Source of the DNA: Eutreptiella sp. 'Long Island Sound 2002'
Lineage: Eukaryota; Protista; Euglenida
Assembly: GCA_964036045.1 (NCBI GenBank)
Contig: OZ038378.1
Coordinates: 82,708,001 to 82,772,000, forward strand
Reading direction: 5' to 3'
Length of the DNA: 64,000 nucleotides
In this document: positions 24,790-38,244 of the stretch, one piece after another
How positions within the stretch are numbered: position 1 is the stretch's first letter
Layout of the letters: each line of letters opens with the position of its first letter
The notes under the pieces: model-generated
The model's database searches: none
The model's input: the letters and a program-made list of their open reading frames with translations, nothing else
Told to the model about the DNA's origin: nothing
Position numbers and translations under genes: made by a program

Positions 24790-26800
24790 ATAGGACTGTG
24801 TTTCGGTTGCAAAGGGAGAGACCGGCTTTTGCTCAATACAACCAATCACACCACGGACCAACTACGCTTTCTTGTCCTTAGAAAAAGGGCCTCGTCCCCA
24901 AGCTCCAAAATGTCCTCACGGCTTCAAACTTGAAGAAGCATGGGTTGCGGAGGACCTGACGAGCAAGGACGATCAGGTACGACCCCATGCACGCCAGGAA
25001 AGCAGCCCCCAGTAGGTGCCGAGAACAACAGTGGAAAACCAAGGCTGACACTACCGACTGTGTGTTGCAAGAGGACAACGGGCGTTGCCACGTACACTCG
25101 AAAGGCCGGCCTAATGGAAAATCTGTGCAATGTGCAAATCGCGGAGAGCAACACAGCCCAATATTATGGAGGGAGGGGCAGCTTGACTCGTTGTGCATCG
25201 CCGAGACGGGATCAAAGAGGCACCAACCTTCAGACCCCTCAACACCAAGCAACAACGACCAGGAGGAGCCCACTAAACCGTGCAGCAGGGCCTGTTAAAG
25301 GTATGGGAAGGCCATAGTGCATGCGAAGAACATGGGCTGAGGTGCCGAAGGCAGATGAATCAAGGGTCTACAAGGGAAGACAAGGGCAAACACAACTGGC
25401 TATGACTTGATGGAGTAGATTCCTTGAAACGCCAGTTGCAGAACGTGGAGATTAGCACAACCCAATATTAAGGAAGGTACGCGGTATTGTATTCGGTGCA
25501 CATTGCCGTGATAGGGTGAACTCGGGCTCGCCTCAAAAGGCCGACACCTACCAGACCAACGAACAAAACGGGGACCATGTCTCATCAAGGTAATGGTAAA
25601 AAACAAACAAAAAGAGCAAACAGCACAAAAACAAGCGGTCACACAGATCGGGTGGAAAATGTTTTGCCATTCACTACTGTTCAGTGCACCATAACCCTAC
25701 GCCCAATCCGGTGGCACTGGGTGCCTGACTCCTCCCAAGCCTAGTGCCAGTAGCAAAGCGACAGTGTGGAGGGACAAAGCAGTAAGCAAGGATGGAGGGC
25801 ACAAATCCGGCAACCAAGCAGTACTAGGATGGGTATTGATGTTTAGTGTTAGTCAACGCTCGCGCGGTTCAACCCAAAACCCATACACCCAATGCCGCTC
25901 GGTGCTTGTCATCCTCCCTCCCCGTACCAGCGACAACATGAGGGTGGGGATGCAGGTCACGTGAAAGGTGAACGGTGGGCCAGCAAATGTGCCTCTCAAG
26001 AAGCAAATGAAGTGCGCACGGGTCACAGGCCAAAAAATGAAGTTGAGCACAGGCTAGGTAAATGTTGTTTACCGCCATCAATGTTTGTATTCCCTCAAAC
26101 CTACTCACTAGTCCCGTCAACGTACATGCAAAAGCTGGGAAGTATTGCTATTTAGTGCACTCTTAGAACAAGCAACCTAACCAAGGCAAGCCCCCTCCTC
26201 CCCCCAGCTAGGGGCGGAGCACGCATTGATGACAGCGGACAAAAACCAGCACACACACCACCAGCACACTGGGCACCCCTGCATGCAACGGGCCCCCAAC
26301 ACAGGCAAACGGGGGGGGGGGGCAAGCCATGGGGCTCACCGCGGGAGGGGGAGGACGCGGCCCACACGCCCCACCCCCCTTGGGTTGCGTGCAAAACAGT
26401 GCCCAGTTGTTATTGTTTTCCCACCCCCCCTTCCGTTGCTCTGAATGTGTGAGGAGCAACTAACTCGCCCGGTATAGACCAACCGCATGCGGTCCAAGAT
26501 GGTGCCGGTTGGGGTGATTGGTGCATACCTCCACTGGCCCCCTTGCTATAATGGAGGGACCGCACAAGATGCAGCCCTAGCGAACATCCGCGAATCCACT
26601 TTGCTGCCGCAATACCCGGCGTGCGCCGCCCCCATAAAGCCGTGGGTGACGAGGTATTCTGTCCGAGCCTTAAAAGCCGCCCGTTAGGCTTACAGGGGAC
26701 GCCGTAGCAGCCTCCCCTCTCCGGTTTCGGTCACAATTTGGCTGCCACATGGGCGGAATGCCGGCATAGTATTTCACGGCTGTGCGTAACTAGTCCACTC
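24790..26800 (+). repeat. Dispersed 'module A' linked to the 84-bp satellite
   Basis: Reverse-complement homologues at ~35830-37225 plus ~41870-42200, and at ~47990-48330. Confidence 0.8.
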
Positions 26801-29520
26801 TACACTTTACACTTGTGGGCCACTTGTGAATTTGCCCGCCCCTCTTGAGCGGTAGGGACCCGTCAAGCGGTAGGGGGTATGCAGCGAACCGGCCCACAAG
26901 GTCTGATTTTGCTCCCTGCCATGAAGCGTTGCAGACCACCAAGGACGCACGAGTTATCTGGCCACCTAACCCACTTGGGGGCCAACTTTCATTTTGTGCC
27001 ACTCTCCGAAGCATTTAGGACCACCCCCACGCGGTAGGGGTTACATAGGCACCCATCCTAGTTCTGGGCTACATATGATTTTATCCCCGGCCCTCACACT
27101 AGGGGGGCATCCAAGGCAATAAGGGTTGTGTAGCCACAAAGCCCACTGGTGGCTACCTTCTCTTTTGTCCCCCGTTGTGAGGCATTGGAGACCCCCCCGG
27201 GCGGCAGGGGTTATGTAGCCAAACGGCCCACTAGGGGGCCGCCTTTTGATTTTGTCCCCCTCTCTCATGCATCAAGGACCCTCCTAGTTGCCAGGGGTTA
27301 TGTAGCCTGCCGCTCCACGTGTGGGCAACTTCTGATTTTTTAACCTGCTTTGAAGTGTTGGGCGTCCCCTAGGTTGTAGCGGTTATGCAGTCACCCAACC
27401 CACGCTTTGAGGCGTTGGGGACCCCCCCCCCCCAAGCAGTAGACACTACATCGCCACCTAGCCAAATTGTGGGCCACCTGCAACTTTATCCACCATTCTA
27501 AAGCGTTGGGACCCCTCGAGCGGGAGGGGTTTTGTGGCCACCTAGCCCACTTATGGGCCACCTCTGATTTTGTACCCAACTCTAACGGGTAAGGGATCCC
27601 CAAGATGCAGGGCTTATGTAGCTTATGTGGGCACCGGGCCAAGTTGTGGGCCACCTGTGATTTCTTGCTCCTCCTTATGATGTTGGGGCCGCCCTAGCCT
27701 ATAGGGAATATGAGCTGGCCCACTTGTCGGCCACCTCTGATTTTGTCCCCTGCTTTGAAGCGTTGGGGACCCCCTACCCTGTAGGGGATTGTACAGCCAA
27801 GCGGCCCACTTGTGGGGCAATTTGATTTTTTACCACAATGTGAAGTGTTGCCCCCCCCCCCTCTCGGCCGTAGGGGTTGTGTAGTTCCCCACCACACTTG
27901 TAGGACAACTCTGATTTTTTGTGCCGCGCTCGGAAGGGATCGGGACCACCAAGCCGGTAGGGGTTATGTAGTCACCCGGCCGGCCCACTTGTGGGGAAGC
28001 TCTGATTTTGTGCCCCGCATTGAAGAGTTCGGGACCCCCAAGGCGGCTCGAATTATGTAGGCAGTTAGTACACTTGTGCACCACTTCTGATTTTGTACCC
28101 CGCTCTAAAGCGTTCGGGGCCTCCAAAGGCAGGCTATGTGCGCAACCGGCCAATTTGTGGGCCACTCTGATCTTGTTCCCTGCTCTGAAGCGTTCAGAAT
28201 TGAGGTGCCCTCATGCGGAAAGGTTTTTGTAGCCATTGGGCCCACTTTTGGGCTACCTCTTATTTTGCTCCCCGTTTTGAAGCGTTGGGGAACCCCAGAC
28301 GGTGGGGGCTACATAGCCACCTGCCCCACTTGTGGGCCACCTCTGATTTTATCCGCCGCTCTCAATTTTGGGGAACCGCAAGGTGGTACAGGTTATGTAG
28401 CCACAACCCAGCGATGGGCCACCTCGGATTTTGTCCCCGGCACTAAAGCGTTGGGACCCCCGAGGCGGTAGGCGTTATGTCGCCACCCAACCACCTTGTT
28501 GGTCACCTCGTATTTTGTCCCTTGGTTTGAAGCATTGGGGACCAAACGAGGTGAAGTGGTTGTGTAGCGACCCAGACCACTTGTGGCCCACTTCTGAATT
28601 TGTGCCGCGCCTTGAAGCATTGGGGACCCCCAACTCAGTAAAGGTTACGTAGCCAAGCCGCCCACCTGGGGGCCAACACTGATTTGCCCCCCGTGGTGAG
28701 GCGTTGCGCCCCCCGCAAGTCCGTAGGGTTTATGTAGCCACGTGGCCCACTTGTGGATGACCTATGAATTTCTCTCCCGCTTTGAAGCATTGCTCAAGCC
28801 CCAGGGCACCAAAAATTGCGCAGCCGGCCAGCCAATTTGTGGGGAAGCTCTAATTTTGCCCCCCACTTTAAAGCATTGGGGACCCCGCAGATGGTGGGTG
28901 TTATGTACGCGGCCGGCCCACTTGTGGGCCGCCTGTGAATTTGTCGCCCGGTTTGAAGCAATCGGACACCTCAGGCGGCAACACTCATGAAGCCACCCGG
29001 CGCACTTGTGGGCGACCTATGATGATGTTTCCCTCTTTGAAGCAAAGGGCCCCACAGACGGCAAGCGTTATGTAGCCACACGGCGCACTTGTGGGCAACC
29101 TTTGATTTTGTCCCATGCTTTGAAACATTGGGAACCCCCAAGCGGCAAGGCTCATGCACCCACCCAGCCCACTGATGGGCCACGTTTGATTTTGTCCCCC
29201 GCTATGAAGCAAAAGGACCCCATGGACGGCAGAGCCTTTGCGGCCAGCCAACCCACTTTTGCGCCACACTCCTAAATTTGTCTCATGCTCTGAAACAATG
29301 GGAACCCCTAGGTGGCACGGTTGATGCAGCCAACCGGCCCACTTTTGGTCCCATTCTGATTTTGGCCCCCGCTCTAAAGTGTTGGGGACTCCTTAGGGTT
29401 CAGGAATTATGCTTCCTCCTGGCCAAGTTGTGGGCCCTTCCCGATTTTGTCACCCGTCCAAAGCGTTGGCGACCCTCTTACGCGGCAGGGGTTTTGCAGC
29501 CACCTGGCCCATGTGTGGGC
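26800..29520 (-). repeat. ~84-bp satellite array
   Basis: Reverse-complement monomers (CCCACTTGTGGGCCACTTCTGATTTTGTCCCC). Confidence 0.95.
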
Positions 29521-30419
29521 CAATTTCAATCTTGTACCCCCCTATGAGTTTCTAAGCCCATTCAAATATCAATACAATGGTGTTTCGACTACGTTTCCGG
29601 GTTTGGACCGTACACTTTCACCGGATCTAGGTAAAAATAAACTTCAGTGAATTCGACATATAAAAGTATTGTACATGTATATGAATATGTCACATGCAAT
29701 GAGATAGGTCACGTACAAAAGCATTGTTATCCTTGTACTACCCGTTTTCACTGGATGTGGTGAAACATAAACAGGAGTCCATATCATACAGTGCAATACT
29801 AATACGGGGATCCGACACATGGAACTTGATTATTTTGCCGGTTACTCGCCGTTTGAACGGATGTGGCTAAACAATGTCTATTGCTGTAGCGTCTGACAAA
29901 CGTGCTTTTTGAGAAAACTATCGAAGTCAAGAACGGGGAAATTCTTTTCAAATGGCCACATCACCCAAATAGAGCAGGAAAAATGCGGAAAAGTTTCCGG
30001 TAAAACATCCGGTCAAACAGAAAATGACCCTCATTGTGTGGGTTTGGTGGCCCCGGGAGTGCGTGGCGCACATTCACTACCCCTACCTCATGAACGATTG
30101 GGTCTCGGTGTTGGTGTCTCCTATGCAGGCCTTGGGCTTTGTGGCATGTATTGTGTGCTTGGGGGTTGGTAGAGACACAAACGCTGGCTGGCGGCTGTCA
30201 TGTTCCTCATTTGCCCTTGCTGCATGGATGCGCGTCTTCAGCATTGGGGATCTCAGAAGAACCTCGCCATGTGGTAGCCGTCGCATGCCGCGCGGGGCGC
30301 GTCCCGGGGCAGGTCTCGGTTGTGCCTTGGCCAAGGCTTGGTCGCACCCCCTGGGCCGCCTCGTTGCCAAGTGGATCCATCGCTGGTTCCCCCAACAGAC
30401 CAAAGAAAAAATAACAGCG

Positions 30420-31945
30420 AGAAAGTGGCCCACAAAGTGGCCGGGTGGCTGCATAAGCCTTGCCGTTTAGGGGGTCCCCAACGCTTCAGTGCGGGCGTCT
30501 TCGGGGTTCCACAACGCCGCAGAGCGGGCTGCAAAATCAAAGGTGGCCCACGGCTTGACGGATAAGTGACTGTTGCCGCCTAGCACGGTCCCCAACGCTT
30601 CAAAGTGTGCCACATAACCCCGGGTGTGTGGGGGGGTCCCCAACGCTTCAAAGTGGGGAATGCAATGACAGGTATCCCACAGGTTGGCCGGGTGCCTACA
30701 TACACCTCGCCGCAAGAGGGGGGGGAGGGGGCTTCAGAGTGGTCGACAAAATCAGAGGTTGCCGACAAATGGGATGGGTGGGTGTATAAACCTTGCCCCT
30801 TGGGGGCTCCCAACGCTTCATAGCTAGAGACAAAATCAGAGATTGCCCACAAGTGGGCCTTTTGGCCAAATGGCCCCTACCACCTCACGGGGTCCCTAAT
30901 GCTTCATAGCGAGGGACAAAATCAGAGGTGGCCCACAAATGGGTGAGGAGGCCAGATAACCCTTGTTGCCTTGGCGATCAACTAACCCTCACAACGGCAG
31001 ACAAATTCGGAAGTGGCGAACTTGTGGGCGCAGTGGCCGCATAAGTAGTGGCTACATGAGCCCTCCTTCCTAGGGGGTTCCAAACGGTCCAAATTCCGCA
31101 GTGGCCCAGAAGTGAGCCAGATGGCCGCATAAGCCCTTGCGTTTGGTGGGTTCCCCAATGCTTCACGATTGGGGACAAGATCACAAGTGGGCCACAAGCG
31201 TGCCGGGTGGCTGCACAACCCCCACCGCCTTGGGGGTTCCCCAATGCTTCAACGTGGGTGACAAAACAAGAGCCGGCCCACAAGTGGACTGGGTCGCTAC
31301 ATAACCCCTACTACCTCGGGGGCCTACAACGTTGCAAGCGGGGGACAAAACGAGAGGTGGCCCATAAGGAGGCCGCACGCCCCACCGCTTGGGGAGCGCA
31401 ATGGTTCTAACCCAGGAACAAAATTAGAGGTGGCCCACAAGTAGGCGGGGTGGCCACATAACCTCTACCGCTTGAGGGGACCCAAACGCTGAAGAGTGGG
31501 GGACAACAACAGAAATGGCCCTCAAATACCACGGACGGGTACATAAACCTTGCCGCCCGAGGGGTCCCCAATGCTTCGGAGGTCCCCCACCAGTGGGCCG
31601 GGTGGGTACATAACCCGTGCCGCTTAGGGGGTCCCTAGCGCTTCATGGAGAGGCAAAAAATCACCAATGGCCCACAAGGTGGCCGTTGATCTTCAAAACT
31701 TGCCATCTTCTGGGTCCCGTACACTGCAGGGTGCAAGAAATAATCTGAAGTGACCCACAACTAGGCCGGGCGGCTAGATAGCCCCTACGGCCTGGGGGGT
31801 CCACAACACTCCAGAGCAGGGGACAAAATCAGAAGTGGCCCACAAATAGGGGAGGCGGCTACATAAACCCTGCGGCCTGAGTGGTCACCAACTCTTCAGC
31901 GCGGGGGCTAAATCAAAAGTGGCCCACAAGTGGGCCGCGGCTCTA
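30420..31945 (+). repeat. ~84-bp satellite array
   Basis: Same monomer. Continues at 35490-35830 after the cassette insertion. Confidence 0.9.
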
Positions 31946-32729
31946 TGTATAGCAACCTAGTCGGCTATCGGACATCAGACATCAGACTTTTATGGACTGT
32001 CATTACCCAAACCAAAAACCCACCTCCCCCATCCCCCCTTGTGGTGTAGTACACCCCCCCCCAATGGAAGATGCCCCCCCCCCCCATGTGGCCGTTCCCT
32101 AGTCCTTCCGACCCCCCCACTCATGAGTGCTTTCTTGCATTAGGAAGTTTGGAAAATGATGCGGAAAATACGCCCCGCTTGGTGTTGTGTGTTTGTGTGT
32201 AGGAAGCATGGAAGCTGCACTCACTCACTACACTCTTCGAGGTGTAGATTTTCGTTCTGTGGCCTCAACCTTAGCGTTGTAGGGCCATCGGACACCATTG
32301 CAAAGTAAACCAACCGATTCGCCGCATTTATAAGCATATGTCCTCCCACACACACAGACACACACACACACGCACACGCCCACACACACACACGCACACG
32401 CAAGCACACGTTGACATAGCGTAGGCTATGTGGGGGTGCCCTTGCTTCAAGCCTTGGTTCGGGGGGGGGGGGGTGCCTCTCCTTTCTTTACATGTTTTTC
32501 ACCGGGGAGGGGGGAGACTTGAGAGAATTGCCGGCGGGGGGGGTTTAGTCACGGGTGCGGGTGGGTGTTCTTTTCTTTGTCTCACAGGTGTTTCTTGTGA
32601 TCCAAAAAAACTAACAACAATAAAAACAATCATTTCACAACTTGCAGGTGTGCCATGCCGTGTTGTGCCGTGTTGTGGTGTGTCTCCGTAGGTCCCCGTA
32701 GGTCCGAAGCCGGTTAGAAGCCCCCCCAA

Positions 32730-33510
32730 TCAATTTCATAGCCCCCTCGCATCAATTTCATGCCCCCCCCCCCCCATCAATTTCATAGCCCCCCCATCAA
32801 TTTCCTATGCCCCCCCTATCAATTTCATAGCCCCCCCTCCATCCATTTCATAGCCCCCCCCTCATCCATTTCATAGCCCCCCCTATCAATTTCATAGCCC
32901 CCTCCCATCAATTTCATAACCCCCCCCCCCCACATCCATTTCATCGCCCCCCCCCTATCAATTTCATAGCCCCCCCATCCATTTCATAGCCCCTCCCGCA
33001 ACAATTTCATAGCCTCCCCCCATTAATTTCATAGTCCCCCCATCAAGTTCATAGCCCCTCCTCCATCAATTTCATAGCCCCTCCCCCATCAATTTCATAG
33101 CCCCCCCCCCCATCCATTTCATAGCCCCCCCATCAATTTCATATGCCCCCCTATCAATTTCAAAGCTCCCCCCCCATCCATTGCATGCCCCCCCCCCTAT
33201 CAATTTCATAGCCCCCCCATCAATTTCATAGCCCTACCCCCCATCAATTTTGTAGCCCCACCCCCTTCAATTTCACACGTCCCCCCAATTCAATTTCATA
33301 GCCCCCCCATCGATTTCATAGCCCCGTGCCCTATCAATTTCACAACCCCCCCTTTATCAATTTCATAGCCCCTCCCCCATCAACTTCATAGCCCCCCCCC
33401 CATCCATTTCATAGCCCCCCCATCAATTTCATATGCCCCCCTATCAATTTCATAGCCCCCCCCCCCATGCATTACATAGCCCCCCCCCCCCCTATCAATT
33501 TCATAGCCCC
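32730..33510. repeat. ~22-bp C-rich minisatellite (CCCCCCATCAATTTCATAGC)
   Basis: Direct reading of tandem units. Confidence 0.9.
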
Positions 33511-33540
33511 CCCCACCATCAACACCGTCTACACCCCCAA

Positions 33541-34075
33541 AATAATTGATGGAACCATGTCCGTCAATTATTCTGGGCGTGTAGACCCCAGTATAATTGA
33601 CGGATCCATGTCCGTCAATTATTCTGGGGGTCCACACCTATAAAATAATTGACGGATCCATGTCCGTCAATTATTCTGGGGGTGTAGACCCCCAAACTAA
33701 TTGACGGATCTTTGTCCGTCAATTGTACTGGGGGTGTCGACCCCCAAAGACAATTATTCTGGGGGTGTAGACCCCCACAATAATTGACGGATCCATGTCC
33801 GTCAATTATTTGGGGGGTGTAGACCTCCAAAATAATTGACGGATCCATGTCCGTCAATTATTCTGGGGGTGTAGACCCCCAATATAATTGACGGATCAAT
33901 GTCCGTCAACTATTATGGGGATCTACACCTATAAAATAATTGACGGATCCATGTCCATCAATTATACTTGGGGTGTAGACCCCCAAAATCATTGACGGGT
34001 CCATGTCCGTCAATTATTCTGGGGGTATAGACCCCCAAAATAGTTGACGGATCCATGTCCGTCAATTATTTGGGG
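33541..34075. repeat. ~52-bp hairpin minisatellite
   Basis: About 10 units of GTAG-ACCCCCAAAATAATTGACGGA-TCCATG-TCCGTCAATTATTCTGGGGGT. Confidence 0.9.
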
Positions 34076-35152
34076 GACCTATGGGGACCTATGGGGGCCT
34101 GTGGGGACCTATGGGGACCCATGGGGGCCTATGGGGCTCTATGGGGACCTATGGGGGCCTATGGGGGTCTATGGGGACCTATGAGGGCCTATTGGCACCT
34201 TTGGGGACCTATGGGGGCCTATGGGGGCCTATGGGGGCCTATGGGGACCTTTGCGGGCCTATGGGCGCCTTTGGGGGCTTATGGGGGCCTATGGGGACTT
34301 ATGGGGGCCTATGGGGGTCTATGGGGACCTATGGGGGCCTATGGTGGCCTTTGGGGGCCTATGGGGAGCTTTGGGCACCTTTGGGGGCCTATTGGCACCT
34401 TTCGGGGTCGATGGGGGGCTTTGGGGGCCTGTGGGGACCTATGGGGACCTATGGGGGCCTATGGGGGCCTATGGGGGTCTATGGGGACCTATGGGGGCCT
34501 ATGAGGGCCTATAGGGGTCTATGGGGAGCTATGGGGGCCTATTGGCACCATTGGGCACCTATGGGGGCCTATGGGGACCTTTGGGGGCCTATGGGCGGCT
34601 ATGGGGGCCTATGGGGGCCTATGGGGACCTTTGGGGACCTATGATGGGGGCCTTTTGGGGATTGTGGGGACCTATGGGGACCTATGGGGGCCTATGGGGA
34701 CCTATGGGGACCTATGGGGACCTATGGGGGCCTATGGGGGTCTATGGGGACCTATGGGGGCCTATGGGGGCCTATGGGGGTCTATGGGGACCTATGGCGA
34801 CCTTTGGGGACCCTTGGGCACCTTTGGGGACCTATGGGGGCCTATGCGGTCCTATGGGGGCCTATGGGGACCTATGGGGACCTTTGGGCACATTTGGGGA
34901 CCTATGGGCACCTTTGGGGACCTATGGGGGCCAATGGAGGCCTATGGGGAGCTATTGGGGCTGATGGGGACTCATTGACATCTAGGGGGACCTTTGGGGA
35001 CCTATGGGCACCTTTGGGGACCCATGCGCACCTTTAGGGGCCTATGGGGGCCTATGGGGGCCTATGGGGGCCTATGGGGGCCTATTGGCACCTGTGGGGA
35101 CCTCTGGGCACCGTTGGGGGTCTATGGGGGCCTATGGGGGCCTATGGGCACC
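34076..35152. repeat. 10/11-bp G-rich satellite (TATGGGG(G/A)CC)
   Basis: Tandem CCTATGGGGG / CCTATGGGGA units. Confidence 0.95.
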
Positions 35153-35489
35153 TTTTTTTTTCGCCACTTGCCCTGCTCACACATTTTCCCCATTTCTCCC
35201 TTTTTTGATGTTCAAAGTCTTTTTTACTTTTGTACTGCCATGTTTTTGATTGTCCAAGGTGGTTCCCCAATGATTTTTCAATTGTGTCCCCCCTTTTTGT
35301 TTTTTTATTTGGGGGGGGGGGGGCAGATTTGATTTAGGCATAGTTTATTCCAAGTTCCTCCAGGCATTAGACCCCTAGACCCACCTCCAATAGACAAGAA
35401 TATCACACAACTTCTTGGAAAGACCGCACACACAACGTCCCTTATCAAACATCAGACATCAGACTTTATACACAGTGATGGTGGTCCGG

Positions 35490-35830
35490 TAGGCTATATA
35501 ACCGATGCCGTCTACGGGGTCCCGAAAGCTTCAGAGGCAGGGAAAAATTCAGAGCTGGCCCACAAGGGAGCCGGGCGGCTACATGACCCTTGCCGCCCGG
35601 GGGGTCCCGTACGCTTCACATCATGAGACAAAATCAGAAGTGGCCCACGAGTAGGACGGTTGGCTATGTAACATCTGCTTGGGAATTCCCGAATGCTTGG
35701 AAGCAGGGACAAAGTCCAAGGTGGCCCACAAGTTGGCTCGTGGTCTACATAGTCCCTGCCACCTAGGGGGTCCCGAACACTTTAGGGCCTGGGACACAAT
35801 CACGGTGGCCCCAAAAGGGGCAGGGTCGTT
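35490..35830 (+). repeat. ~84-bp satellite array (short)
   Basis: Same monomer, followed directly by module A in reverse orientation. Confidence 0.85.
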
Positions 35831-38244
35831 ATATAAGTCGGGCCGTTCCCATGCTAGCACTCCGCCCAGCTGGTACCCAAAGTGTGACGGACCCCGGGGA
35901 TGGGAAGGTCCTTGGGCGTCCTCTGTAAGCATGACAGGCAGCTTTCAAGGCTCATACGGGATACCTCGTCACCCATGGCTTTGTGGGGGCGGCGCACGCC
36001 GACTAGTGCATCAGCAAAGTGGAGTCGCGGGGTGTTCGCACGCGCATTTGCTCGCCCACTGTTCACCTTTCACGTGACCTGCATCCCCACCCTCATTTTG
36101 TCGTTGGTACGGGGAGGGAGGGAGACAAGCACCGAGCGGCATTGGGTGTATGGGTTTCGGGTTAGGCTGCGCGAAACGTTGACTAACACTAAACAGCAAT
36201 ACCCATCCTATTACTGCTTGGTTGCCGGATTTGTGCCGTCTATCCTTGCTTGCTGCTTTGTCCCTCGACACTGTTGCGTTGCTGGTGGCACCGGGGGAGG
36301 GAGGAGTGAGGCACTCAGTGCCAACGGATTAGGCGCAGGGTTATGGTGCACTAAACAACAGTGAACGGCAAAAATTTTCCAACCGATCTGTGTGACCGCT
36401 TGTTTTTGTGTTGTTTGCTCTTTTTGTTTTTTTTTTACCATTACCTTGATGAGACATGGTCCCCGTTTTGTTCGTTGGTTTGGTAGGTGTTGGCCTTTTG
36501 AGGCGAGCCTGAGTTCACCCTATCACGGCAATGTGCACCGAATACAATAGCCCGTACCTTCCGTAATAATGGGCTGTGCTATTCTCCACTTTCTGCATCT
36601 GGTGTTTCAAGGAATCTACTCCATCAGGTCATAGCCAGTTGTGTTTGCCCTTGTCTTCCCTTGTAGACCCTTGATTAATGGGGCTTCGGCAGCTCAGCCC
36701 CTGTCCTTCGCATGCACCACAGCACGTCCTCGTGTACCATTCTTTCTATGGCCGCAACCTCCGCGACACTGACCCGTGTAGTTATCGTCCCTCTCCGTGA
36801 TGTCCATGTGGGTGTCTCTTCCAACTCATGAGCACAAGGCAAGCAAGGCAAGTAAGAGCCGCCCCACTTGGTTAAACAATGGCACGAAGGACAAGGCATG
36901 CATAGGGCGCACGAACATTGAGAGCCAGTCCTTCAAAAGAACCGGCCCCACCCTCGGCAGGCGGCCCTCAGGAGCTGCATTTGCATCTGCATATCTTGGT
37001 GTTGTTTGCTTATACGTGCTTTGTTGATCAACCTTCCCATACCATTAACGGGCCTTGCCGCACGTTTTAGTGGCCTCCTCCTGGTCGTTGTGGCTTGTTG
37101 TCGCTTGACTAACGCTTGGTGCCTCGTTGACCCTGTCGCGACGATGCACACCTAGTCAAGCAGACTGTACCCTCCTTGATATTGGGCTTTGTTGCTCTCG
37201 ACGATTTGCACACTGCAACACGATTGCGTATAGCAACCAAATTTGCCATCAGCCATCAGACATGAGACTTTTATGGACCATTACCCAAAGCATAAACCCA
37301 CCTACCCCAACCCCTCTTATGATGAACTACACCCCCCCCCCCATGGTACAACCCACGTTGGACACCCCAATGGACCATCTCCCCCCACAGCGGTTCGCCC
37401 CCCCCCCCCCCTCTGGCCCGTCCCTAGTCCTTCCCACCCCCCTACAACATAAAATATAAGAAGGGCTCTGCATTGGTTGCTGCATTTTGTTCCCCTCCCC
37501 CGATATCAGTCTTGTGCTCCGCCCCCCATGTCATACTTGCCCCGCCCCCCCAACCCCATCTCTCTTGCCCGGTTCTGCACCTTGCTTCCTTTGTTGACCA
37601 TGACCGTAGGTATGAGCTAGGTATTGGTCAGTTTTGCTCGTGGGGTGGGTGGGTGGGGGGGTTCATTAGGATGCAGGGTGGGCCGGAAGTGTGGACAAGG
37701 GGGGGCAGTGGGTTTGGAGCACGGCAAAGCACGGCACGACACAACACATCACAACACAACAGATAGCATAGCACAACGCACTACAACACAACACAGCACA
37801 ACACAGCTCCCACAGCTGCCCAAGAGAGGCTCCCTCCCCCCCTCTCCCCCTCACCTCCCTCGCTCCCTTCACCGTGTCAATTCCCTGCTTGTGTGGTTAA
37901 GGTTAGGGAGGGTATGCCTCTTTTTCTTTTTCAGGTGGTGCTATGCTATGGTATGATAAAATGATATGATGAAAAATGATATTATGCAAAAAATCATACA
38001 ACCAATTGGAGATAGGAGGTATATTACCCCTTTCCTTAGGATAAAGTTAATTACACTGGAGAGGGAGCGGTCCACCTAAGGGTGGATGGGGCACCACTCC
38101 CCCAAGCGCCCATGAGTTTGTGCTGGGGGAGCGGTCCACCTAAGGGTGGATGCGGCACCGCTCCCCACACGATTATTTCTGACGTGTGGGTGGTTGCTTT
38201 TTTGGGGGGGCTCTATTGAATATTGAATATGACCAATCATCTAT

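Larger units (their letters stand above)
31947..35474 (+). mobile_element. Unclassified non-coding minisatellite cassette, copy C1
   Basis: Starts GTATAGCAACC..ACATCAGACATCAGACTTTTATGGAC and ends ACATCAGACATCAGACTTTATACACA. Same termini and internal order as copy C2. Inserted within the 84-bp array. Confidence 0.65.

Noticed and set aside
23760-24790. Possible very degenerate hAT transposase C-terminus on the minus strand
   Set aside because: Only scattered weak motifs (FTILDP, ILCTSPS..RVF) across frames with many stops, and no TIR or TSD. Not supportable by eye.
29520-30030. MITE-like AT-rich segment with TTTCACCGGAT / ATCCGGT motifs
   Set aside because: Inverted motifs are present, but no definable termini or TSD.
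17840-31945. Numerous 60-160 aa ORFs within the 84-bp satellite arrays (also at 47-48 kb and 57-63 kb)
   Set aside because: Translation by-products of tandem monomers on both strands.
36880-36945. GIY-YIG-like motif KACIGRTN (homologue KACIGDTN at ~30100, minus strand)
   Set aside because: No upstream GIY/VY strand or downstream R..EH. The similarity between copies is explained by DNA homology alone.
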